Source: the human T2T-CHM13v2.0 reference genome, Homo sapiens
Direction: 5' to 3' (one strand)
Assembly: GCF_009914755.1 (NCBI RefSeq)
Contig: NC_060943.1
DNA: 64,000 nt
The first letter of the stretch is position 1; every line of letters begins with the position of its first letter. The notes under the pieces were generated by a model that saw nothing but the letters and a program-made list of their open reading frames with translations, was not told the origin of the DNA and did no database searches. The position numbers and the translations under genes were made by a program. This document shows positions 26,401 to 38,400 of this stretch, piece after piece.

Positions 26401-29400
26401 GACAGAAGCATTCTCAGAAACTTCCTCGTGATGTGTGCATTCTACTCCCGAATTTGAATCTTCCTTTTCATGAAGCAGTTTTGAAACACTCTGTTTGTGC
26501 AATCCACAATTGGATAATTGGAACGCTTTGATGCCCATGGTAGAAAAGGAAATATCCTCATATAAAAACTAGACAGAAGGATTCACAGAAAATGCTTTGT
26601 GATGTGTGCATTCAAATCACGGAGTTGAATCTTTCTTTTGTCAGAGCAGTTTTGAAACACTGTTTCTGTGGAATCTGCCAGCGGACACTTGGAGCGCTTT
26701 GAGGGTTGTGGTGGAGAAGGAAATATCTTCCCATAAAAACTAGAAAGAAGCATTCTCAGAAACATTTATGTGAAGCGTGCATTCAACTCACAGAGTTGAA
26801 CCTTCCTTTTGATACAACAGTTTTGAAACACTCTTTTGAACAATTGCAGGTGAATCTTTGGAGCGCTTTGAAGCCTTTGTTGGAAATGGGAATATCTTCA
26901 CACACAAACTAGCCAGAAGCATTCTCAGAAACTTGTTTGTGATGTGTGCGTTGAACCCAGAGAGATGAACCTTTCCTTCGATAGAGCAGTTTTGAAACGT
27001 GTTTTTGTAAGATCGGCAAGCGGATAATTGGCTTCGCTTTGTGTCCTTTGGTGGAAACGGGAATATCTTATAATAAAAACTAGACAGAAATATTCTCAGA
27101 ATCTCCTTTGTGATGTGGGCATTCAACTAACACAGTTGAACATTTCTTTTCACAGAGCAGTTTTGAAACACTCTTTTGGTAGAATCTGCCAGTGGATATT
27201 TGGAGCGCTTGGAGGGCTATTGTGCCAATGGAAATATCTGCCCCTGAAAACTAGACAGAAGCATTCTCAGAAACTACTTCGTGATGTTTGCATTCAACAC
27301 ACAGAGTTGAACATACCTCTTCACAGAGCAGTTTTGAAAACCTCTTTCTGTAGAATCTGCAAGTGGATATTCGGACCACTTTGAGGCCTTCACAGGAAAC
27401 AGTAATATCTTCACATAAAAACTAGACAGAAGCATTGTCAGAAAGTTCTTTGTGATGTGTGAATTCAACTCACAGAGTTGAACCTTCCTTTAATAGAGCA
27501 GTTGTGAAACACTCTTTTTCTAGAATCTGCAAGTAGATATTTGGAGCGCTTTGAGGCCTTCGTTGGAAACCGGAATATCTTCACAGGAAAAGTAGATAGA
27601 GGCATTCTCAGAAACTTTTTTGTGATATGTAGATTCAACTCACAGCGTTGAACCTTTCTTTGGATGGAGCAGTTTTGAAAAACTCTTTTATCGAATCTGC
27701 AGGTAGACATTTGGGGTGCTTTGAGGGCTGTGGTGCAAAAGGAAATGTCTTCCCATAGAAACTAGACTGAAGCATTCTCAGCAACTTCTTGGTGACGTTT
27801 GCATTCATCTCACAGTGTTGAACATACCTTTCCATAGAGTAGTTTTGAAACACTGTTTTTGTAGAATCGGCAAGTGGATATTTGGACTGCTTTGAGGCCT
27901 TCATCGGAAACGGGAATATCTTCACATAAACACTAGAGAGAAGCATTCTCAGAAACTTCTTTGTCATCTGTCCATTCAACTCACAGAGTTGAACCTTCCT
28001 TTTTATGGAGCAGTTTTGAAACACTCCTTTTGGAGAATCTGCAAGTGGATATTTGGAGCGCTTTGAGGCCTATGGTAGAAAAAGAAATATCTGCCTCTAA
28101 AAACCAGACAGAAGCATTCCGAGAAACTCCTTTGTGATGTTTGCATTCAACTAGCAGAGTTGAACCTTCCTTTTGATAGGGCAGTTTGGAAACACTCTTT
28201 TTGTAGAATCTGCATGTGGATATCTGGAGCGGTTTGAGGCCTACGGTCAGAAAGGAAATATCTTCCTGGGAAAAATAGACGAAAGCATTCTCAGAAAGTG
28301 CTTTGTGATATGTGCATTCGACTCACCGAGTTGAAACTTTTTTTTGATAGAGCAGTTTTGAAACACTCTGTAGAATCTGAAAGTGGATATTTGGAGCTCT
28401 TTGAGGGCTATGGCGGAAAAGAAAATATATTCACATTAAAAAAGTAGACAGCAGCATTCTCAGAAACTTCTTTAGGATGTTTGCAGTAAACTCACAGAGT
28501 TGAACATACCTTTCCGTAGAGCAGTTTTGAAACACTCTGTTTGTGGGATCCGCAAGTGGATATTTGGACCGCTTTGAGACCTTTGCTGGAAATGGGAATA
28601 TCTTCACATATAAACTAGACAGAAGCATTCTCAGAAACTTCCTCGTGATGTGTGCATTCTACTCCCGAATTTGAATCTTCCTTTTCATGAAGCAGTTTTG
28701 AAACACTCTGTTTGTGCAATCCACAATTGGATAATTGGAACGCTTTGATGCCCATGGTAGAAAAGGAAATATCCTCATATGAAAACTAGACAGAAGGATT
28801 CACAGAAAATGCTTTGTGATGTGTGCATTCAAATCACGGAGTTGAATCTTTCTTTTGTCAGAGCAGTTTTGAAACACTGTTTCTGTGGAATCTGCCAGCG
28901 GACACTTGGAGCGCTTTGAGGGCTGTGGTGGAGAAGGAAATATCTTCCCATAAAAACTAGAAAGAAGCATTCTCAGAAACATTTATGTGAAGCGTGCATT
29001 CAACTCACAGAGTTGAACCTTCCTTGTGATACAACAGTTTTGAAACACTCTTTTGAACAATTGCAGGTGAATCTTTGGAGCGCTTTGAAGCCTTTGTTGG
29101 AAATGGGAATATCTTCACACACAAACTAGCCAGAAGCATTCTCAGAAACTTCTTTGTGATGTGTGCGTTGAACCCAGAGAGATGAACCTTTCCTTCGATA
29201 GAGCAGTTTTGAAACGTGTTTTTGTAAGATCGGCAAGCGGATAATTGGCTTCGCTTTGTGTCCTTTGGTGGAAACGGGAATATCTTCTAATAAAAACTAG
29301 ACAGAAATATTCTCAGAATCTCCTTTGTGATGTGGGCATTCAACTAACACAGTTGAACATTTCTTTTCACAGAGCAGTTTTGAAACACTCTTTTGGTAGA

Positions 29401-32400
29401 ATCTGCCAGTGGATATTTGGAGCGCTTGGAGGGCTATTGTGCCAATGGAAATATCTGCCCCTGAAAACTAGACAGAAGCATTCTCAGAAACTACTTCGTG
29501 ATGTTTGCATTCAACACACAGAGTTGAACATACCTCTTCACAGAGCAGTTTTGAAAACCTCTTTCTGTAGAATCTGCAAGTGGATATTCGGACCACTTTG
29601 AGGCCTTCACAGGAAACAGTAATATCTTCACATAAAAACTAGACAGAAGCATTGTCAGAAAGTTCTTTGTGATGTGTGAATTCAACTCACAGAATTGAAC
29701 CTTCCTTCAGCAGAGCAGTTGTGAAACACTCTTTTTCTAGAATCTGCAAGTAGATATTTGGAGCGCTTTGAGGCCTTCGTTGGAAACCGGAATATCTTCA
29801 CAGGAAAAGTAGATAGAGGCATTCTCAGAAACTTTTTTGTGATATGTAGATTCAACTCACAGCGTTGAACCTTTCTTTGGATGGAGCAGTTTTGAAAAAC
29901 CCTTTTATCGAATCTGCAGGTAGACATTTGGGGTGCTTTGAGGGCTGTGGTGCAAAAGGAAATGTCTTCCCATAGAAACTAGACTGAAGCATTCTCAGCA
30001 ACTTCTTTGTGACGTTTGCATTCATCTCACAGTGTTGAACATACCTTTCCATAGAGTAGTTTTGAAACACTGTTTTTGTAGAATCGGCAAGTGGATATTT
30101 GGACTGCTTTGAGGCCTTCATCGGAAACGGGAATATCTTCACATAAACACTAGAGAGAAGCATTCTCAGAAACTTCTTTGTCATCTGTCCATTCAACTCA
30201 CAGAGTTGAACCTTCCTTTTTATGGAGCAGTTTTGAAACACTCCTTTTGGAGAATCTGCAAGTGAATATTTGGAGCGCTTTGAGGCCTATGGTAGAAAAA
30301 GAAATATCTGCCTCTAAAAACCAGACAGAAGCATTCCGAGAAACTCCTTTGTGATGTTTGCATTCAACTAGCAGAGTTGAACCTTCCTTTTGATAGGGCA
30401 GTTTGGAAACACTCTTTTTGTAGAATCTGCATGTGGATATCTGGAGCGGTTTGAGGCCTACGGTCAGAAAGGAAATATCTTCCTGGGAAAAATAGACGAA
30501 AGCATTCTCAGAAAGTGCTTTGTGATATGTGCATTCGACTCACCGAGTTGAAACTTTTTTTTGATAGAGCAGTTTTGAAACACTCTGTAGAATCTGAAAG
30601 TGGATATTTGGAGCTCTTTGAGGGCTATGGCGGAAAAGAAAATATATTCACATTAAAAAAGTAGACAGCAGCATTCTCAGAAACTTCTTTAGGATGTTTG
30701 CAGTAAACTCACAGAGTTGAACATACCTTTCCGTAGAGCAGTTTTGAAACACTCTGTTTGTGGGATCCGCAAGTGGATATTTGGACCGCTTTGAGACCTT
30801 TGCTGGAAATGGGAATATCTTCACATATAAACTAGACAGAAGCATTCTCAGAAACTTCCTCGTGATGTGTGCATTCTACTCCCGAATTTGAATCTTCCTT
30901 TTCATGAAGCAGTTTTGAAACACTCTGTTTGTGCAATCCACAATTGGATAATTGGAACGCTTTGATGCCCATGGTAGAAAAGGAAATATCCTCATATGAA
31001 AACTAGACAGAAGGATTCACAGAAAATGCTTTGTGATGTGTGCATTCAAATCACGGAGTTGAATCTTTCTTTTGTCAGAGCAGTTTTGAAACACTGTTTC
31101 TGTGGAATCTGCCAGCGGACACTTGGAGCGCTTTGAGGGCTGTGGTGGAGAAGGAAATATCTTCCCATAAAAACTAGAAAGAAGCATTCTCAGAAACATT
31201 TATGTGAAGCGTGCATTCAACTCACAGAGTTGAACCTTCCTTTTGATACAACAGTTTTGAAACACTCTTTTGAACAATTGCAGGTGAATCTTTGGAGCGC
31301 TTTGAAGCCTTTGTTGGAAATGGGAATATCTTCACACACAAACTAGCCAGAAGCATTCTCAGAAACTTCTTTGTGATGTGTGCGTTGAACCCAGAGAGAT
31401 GAACCTTTCCTTCGATAGAGCAGTTTTGAAACGTGTTTTTGTAAGATCGGCAAGCGGATAATTGGCTTCGCTTTGTGTCCTTTGGTGGAAACGGGAATAT
31501 CTTCTAATAAAAACTAGACAGAAATATTCTCAGAATCTCCTTTGTGATGTGGGCATTCAACTAACACAGTTGAACATTTCTTTTCACAGAGCAGTTTTGA
31601 AACACTCTTTTGGTAGAATCTGCCAGTGGATATTTGGAGCGCTTGGAGGGCTATTGTGCCAATGGAAATATCTGCCCCTGAAAAGTAGACAGAAGCATTC
31701 TCAGAAACTACTTCGTGATGTTTGCATTCAACACACAGAGTTGAACATACCTCTTCACAGAGCAGTTTTGAAAACCTCTTTCTGTAGAATCTGCAAGTGG
31801 ATATTCGGACCACTTTGAGGCCTTCACAGGAAACAGTAATATCTTCACATAAAAACTAGATAGAAGCATTGTCAGAAAGTTCTTTGTGATGTGTGAATTC
31901 AACTCACAGAGTTGAACCTTCCTTCAATAGAGCAGTTGTGAAACACTCTTTTTCTAGAATCTGCAAGTAGATATTTGGAGCGCTTTGAGGCCTTCGTTGG
32001 AAACCGGAATATCTTCACAGGAAAAGTAGATAGAGGCATTCTCAGAAACTTTTTTGTGATATGTAGATTCAACTCACAGCGTTGAACCTTTCTTTGGATG
32101 GAGCAGTTTTGAAAAACCCTTTTATCGAATCTGCAGGTAGACATTTGGGGTGCTTTGAGGGCTGTGGTGCAAAAGGAAATGTCTTCCCATAGAAACTAGA
32201 CTGAAGCATTCTCAGCAACTTCTTGGTGACGTTTGCATTCATCTCACAGTGTTGAACATACCTTTCCATAGAGTAGTTTTGAAACACTGTTTTTGTAGAA
32301 TCGGCAAGTGGATATTTGGACTGCTTTGAGGCCTTCATCGGAAACGGGAATATCTTCACATAAACACTAGAGAGAAGCATTCTCAGAAACTTCTTTGTCA

Positions 32401-35400
32401 TCTGTCCATTCAACTCACAGAGTTGAACCTTCCTTTTTATGGAGCAGTTTTGAAACACTCCTTTTGGAGAATCTGCAAGTGGATATTTGGAGCGCTTTGA
32501 GGCCTATGGTAGAAAAAGAAATATCTGCCTCTAAAAACCAGACAGAAGCATTCCGAGAAACTCCTTTGCGATGTTTGCATTCAACTAGCAGAGTTGAACC
32601 TTCCTTTTGATAGGGCAGTTTGGAAACACTCTTTTTGTAGAATCTGCATGTGGATATTTGGAGCGGTTTGAGGCCTACGGTCAGAAAGGAAATATCTTCC
32701 TGGGAAAAATAGACGAAAGCATTCTCAGAAAGTGCTTTGTGATATGTGCATTCGACTCACCGAGTTGAAACTTTTTTTTGATATAGCAGTTTTGAAACAC
32801 TCTGTAGAATCTGAAAGTGGATATTTGGAGCTCTTTGAGGGCTATGGCGGAAAAGAAAATATATTCACCTTAAAAAAGTAGACAGCAGCATTCTCAGAAA
32901 CTTCTTTAGGATGTTTGCAGTAAACTCACAGAGTTGAACATACCTTTCCGTAGAGCAGTTTTGAAACACTCTGTTTGTGGGATCCGCAAGTGGATATTTG
33001 GACCGCTTTGAGACCTTTGCTGGAAATGGGAATAACTTCACATATAAACTAGACAGAAGCATTCTCAGAAACTTCCTCGTGATGTGTGCATTCTACTCCC
33101 GAATTTGAATCTTCCTTTTCATGAAGCAGTTTTGAAACACTCTGTTTGTGCAATCCACAATTGGATAATTGGAACGCTTTGATGCCCATGGTAGAAAAGG
33201 AAATATCCTCATATAAAAACTAGACAGAAGGATTCACAGAAAATGCTTTGTGATGTGTGCATTCAAATCACGGAGTTGAATCTTTCTTTTGTCAGAGCAG
33301 TTTTGAAACACTGTTTCTGTGGAATCTGCCAGCGGACACTTGGAGCGCTTTGAGGGCTGTGGTGGAGAAGGAAATATCTTCCCATAAAAACTAGAAAGAA
33401 GCATTCTCAGAAACATTTATGTGAAGCGTGCATTCAACTCACAGAGTTGAACCTTCCTTGTGATACAACAGTTTTGAAACACTCTTTTGAACAATTGCAG
33501 GTGAATCTTTGGAGCGCTTTGAAGCCTTTGTTGGAAATGGGAATATCTTCACACACAAACTAGCCAGAAGCATTCTCAGAAACTTCTTTGTGATGTGTGC
33601 GTTGAACCCAGAGAGATGAACCTTTCCTTCGATAGAGCAGTTTTCAAACGTGTTTTTGTAAGATCGGCAAGCGGATAATTGGCTTCGCTTTGTGTCCTTT
33701 GGTGGAAACGGGAATATCTTCTAATAAAAACTAGACAGAAATATTCTCAGAATCTCCTTTGTGATGTGGGCATTCAACTAACACAGTTGAACATTTCTTT
33801 TCACAGAGCAGTTTTGAAACACTCTTTTGGTAGAATCTGCCAGTGGATATTTGGAGCGCTTGGAGGGCTATTGTGCCAATGGAAATATCTGCCCCTGAAA
33901 ACTGGACAGAAGCATTCTCAGAAACTATTTCGTGATGTTTGCATTCAACACACGGAGTTGAACATACCTCTTCACAGAGCAGTTTTGAAAACCTCTTTCT
34001 GTAGAATCTGCAAGTGGATATTCGGACCACTTTGAGGCCTTCATAGGAAACAGTAATATCTTCACATAAAAACTAGATAGAAGCATTGTCAGAAAGTTCT
34101 TTGTGATGTGTGAATTCAACTCACAGAGTTGAACCTTCCTTCAATAGAGCAGTTGTGAAACACTCTTTTTCTAGAATCTGCAAGTAGATATTTGGAGCGC
34201 TTTGAGGCCTTCGTTGGAAACCGGAATATCTTCACAGGAAAAGTAGATAGAGGCATTCTCAGAAACTTTTTTGTGATATGTAGATTCAACTCACAGTGTT
34301 GAACCTTTCTTTGGATGGAGCAGTTTTGAAAAACCCTTTTATCGAATCTGCAGGTAGACATTTGGGGTGCTTTGAGGGCTGTGGTGCAAAAGGAAATGTC
34401 TTCCCATAGAAACTAGACTGAAGCATTCTCAGCAACTTCTTGGTGACGTTTGCATTCATCTCACAGTGTTGAACATACCTTTCCATAGAGTAGTTTTGAA
34501 ACACTGTTTTTGTAGAATCGGCAAGTGGATATTTGGACTGCTTTGAGGCCTTCATCGGAAACGGGAATATCTTCACATAAACACTAGAGAGAAGCATTCT
34601 CAGAAACTTCTTTGTCATCTGTCCATTCAACTCACAGAGTTGAACCTTCCTTTTTATGGAGCAGTTTTGAAACACTCCTTTTGGAGAATCTGCAAGTGGA
34701 TATTTGGAGCGCTTTGAGGCCTATGGTAGAAAAAGAAATATCTGCCTCTAAAAACCAGACAGAAGCATTCCGAGAAACTCCTTTGTGATGTTTGCATTCA
34801 ACTAGCAGAGTTGAACCTTCCTTTTGATAGGGCAGTTTGGAAACACTCTTTTTGTAGAATCTGCATGTGGATATCTGGAGCGGTTTGAGGCCTACGGTCA
34901 AAAAGGAAATATCTTCCTGGGAAAAATAGACGAAAGCATTCTCAGAAAGTGCTTTGTGATATGTGCATTCGACTCACCGAGCTGAAACTTTTTTTTGATA
35001 GAGCAGTTTTGAAACACTCTGTAGAATCTGAAAGTGGATATTTGGAGCTCTTTGAGGGCTATGGCGGAAAAGAAAATATATTCACATTAAAAAAGTAGAC
35101 AGCAGCATTCTCAGAAACTTCTTTAGGATGTTTGCAGTAAACTCACAGAGTTGAACATACCTTTCCGTAGAGCAGTTTTGAAACACTCTGTTTGTGGGAT
35201 CCGCAAGTGGATATTTGGACCGCTTTGAGACCTTTGCTGGAAATGGGAATAACTTCACATATAAACTAGACAGAAGCATTCTCAGAAACTTCCTCGTGAT
35301 GTGTGCATTCTACTCCCGAATTTGAATCTTCCTTTTCATGAAGCAGTTTTGAAACACTCTGTTTGTGCAATCCACAATTGGATAATTGGAACGCTTTGAT

Positions 35401-38400
35401 GCCCATGGTAGAAAAGGAAATATCCTCATATAAAAACTAGACAGAAGGATTCACAGAAAATGCTTTGTGATGTGTGCATTCAAATCACGGAGTTGAATCT
35501 TTCTTTTGTCAGAGCAGTTTTGAAACACTGTTTCTGTGGAATCTGCCAGCGGACACTTGGAGCGCTTTGAGGGCTGTGGTGGAGAAGGAAATATCTTCCC
35601 ATAAAAACTAGAAAGAAGCATTCTCAGAAACATTTATGTGAAGCGTGCATTCAACTCACAGAGTTGAACCTTCCTTGTGATACAACAGTTTTGAAACACT
35701 CTTTTGAACAATTGCAGGTGAATCTTTGGAGCGCTTTGAAGCCTTTGTTGGAAATGGGAATATCTTCACACACAAACTAGCCAGAAGCATTCTCAGAAAC
35801 TTCTTTGTGATGTGTGCGTTGAACCCAGAGAGATGAACCTTTCCTTCGATAGAGCAGTTTTGAAACGTGTTTTTGTAAGATCGGCAAGCGGATAATTGGC
35901 TTCGCTTTGTGTCCTTTGGTGGAAACGGGAATATCTTCTAATAAAAACTAGACAGAAATATTCTCAGAATCTCCTTTGTGATGTGGGCATTCAACTAACA
36001 CAGTTGAACATTTCTTTTCACAGAGCAGTTTTGAAACACTCTTTTGGTAGAATCTGCCAGTGGATATTTGGAGCGCTTGGAGGGCTATTGTGCCAATGGA
36101 AATATCTGCCCCTGAAAACTGGACAGAGCATTCTCAGAAACTATTTCGTGATGTTTGCATTCAACACACGGAGTTGAACATACCTCTTCACAGAGCAGTT
36201 TTGAAAACCTCTTTCTGTAGAATCTGCAAGTGGATATTCGGACCACTTTGAGGCCTTCATAGGAAACAGTAATATCTTCACATAAAAACTAGATAGAAGC
36301 ATTGTCAGAAAGTTCTTTGTGATGTGTGAATTCAACTCACAGAGTTGAACCTTCCTTCAATAGAGCAGTTGTGAAACACTCTTTTTCTAGAATCTGCAAG
36401 TAGATATTTGGAGCGCTTTGAGGCCTTCGTTGGAAACCGGAATATCTTCACAGGAAAAGTAGATAGAGGCATTCTCAGAAACTTTTTTGTGATATGTAGA
36501 TTCAACTCACAGTGTTGAACCTTTCTTTGGATGGAGCAGTTTTGAAAAACCCTTTTATCGAATCTGCAGGTAGACATTTGGGGTGCTTTGAGGGCTGTGG
36601 TGCAAAAGGAAATGTCTTCCCATAGAAACTAGACTGAAGCATTCTCAGAAACTTCTTTGTGACGTTTGCATTCATCTCACAGTGTTGAACATACCTTTCC
36701 ATAGAGTAGTTTTGAAACACTGTTTTTGTAGAATCGGCAAGTGGATATTTGGACTGCTTTGAGGCCTTCATCGGAAACGGGAATATCTTCACATAAACAC
36801 TAGAGAGAAGCATTCTCAGAAACTTCTTTGTCATCTGTCCATTCAACTCACAGAGTTGAACCTTCCTTTTTATGGAGCAGTTTTGAAACACTCCTTTTGG
36901 AGAATCTGCAAGTGGATATTTGGAGCGCTTTGAGGCCTATGGTAGAAAAAGAAATATCTGCCTCTAAAAACCAGACAGAAGCATTCCGAGAAACTCCTTT
37001 GTGATGTTTGCATTCAACTAGCAGAGTTGAACCTTCCTTTTGATAGGGCAGTTTGGAAACACTCTTTTTGTAGAATCTGCATGTGGATATCTGGAGCGGT
37101 TTGAGGCCTACGGTCAAAAAGGAAATATCTTCCTGGGAAAAATAGACGAAAGCATTCTCAGAAAGTGCTTTGTGATATGTGCATTCGACTCACCGAGCTG
37201 AAACTTTTTTTTGATAGAGCAGTTTTGAAACACTCTGTAGAATCTGAAAGTGGATATTTGGAGCTCTTTGAGGGCTATGGCGGAAAAGAAAATATATTCA
37301 CATTAAAAAAGTAGACAGCAGCATTCTCAGAAACTTCTTTAGGATGTTTGCAGTAAACTCACAGAGTTGAACATACCTTTCCGTAGAGCAGTTTTGAAAC
37401 ACTCTGTTTGTGGGATCCGCAAGTGGATATTTGGACCGCTTTGAGACCTTTGCTGGAAATGGGAATAACTTCACATATAAACTAGACAGAAGCATTCTCA
37501 GAAACTTCCTCGTGATGTGTGCATTCTACTCTCGAATTTGAATCTTCCTTTTCATGAAGCAGTTTTGAAACACTCTGTTTGTGCAATCCACAATTGGATA
37601 ATTGGAACGCTTTGATGCCCATGGTAGAAAAGGAAATATCCTCATATAAAAACTAGACAGAAGGATTCACAGAAAATGCTTTGTGATGTGTGCATTCAAA
37701 TCACGGAGTTGAATCTTTCTTTTGTCAGAGCAGTTTTGAAACACTGTTTCTGTGGAATCTGCCAGCGGACACTTGGAGCGCTTTGAGGGCTGTGGTGGAG
37801 AAGGAAATATCTTCCCATAAAAACTAGAAAGAAGCATTCTCAGAAACATTTATGTGAAGCGTACATTCAACTCACAGAGTTGAACCTTCCTTGTGATACA
37901 ACAGTTTTGAAACACTCTTTTGAACAATTGCAGGTGAATCTTTGGAGCGCTTTGAAGCCTTTGTTGGAAATGGGAATATCTTCACACACAAACTAGCCAG
38001 AAGCATTCTCAGAAACTTCTTTGTGATGTGTGCGTTGAACCCAGAGAGATGAACCTTTCCTTCGATAGAGCAGTTTTGAAACGTGTTTTTGTAAGATCGG
38101 CAAGCGGATAATTGGCTTCGCTTTGTGTCCTTTGGTGGAAACGGGAATATCTTCTAATAAAAACTAGACAGAAATATTCTCAGAATCTCCTTTGTGATGT
38201 GGGCATTCAACTAACACAGTTGAACATTTCTTTTCACAGAGCAGTTTTGAAACACTCTTTTGGTAGAATCTGCCAGTGGATATTTGGAGCGCTTGGAGGG
38301 CTATTGTGCCAATGGAAATATCTGCCCCTGAAAACTAGACAGAAGCATTCTCAGAAACTACTTCGTGATGTTTGCATTCAACACACAGAGTTGAACATAC

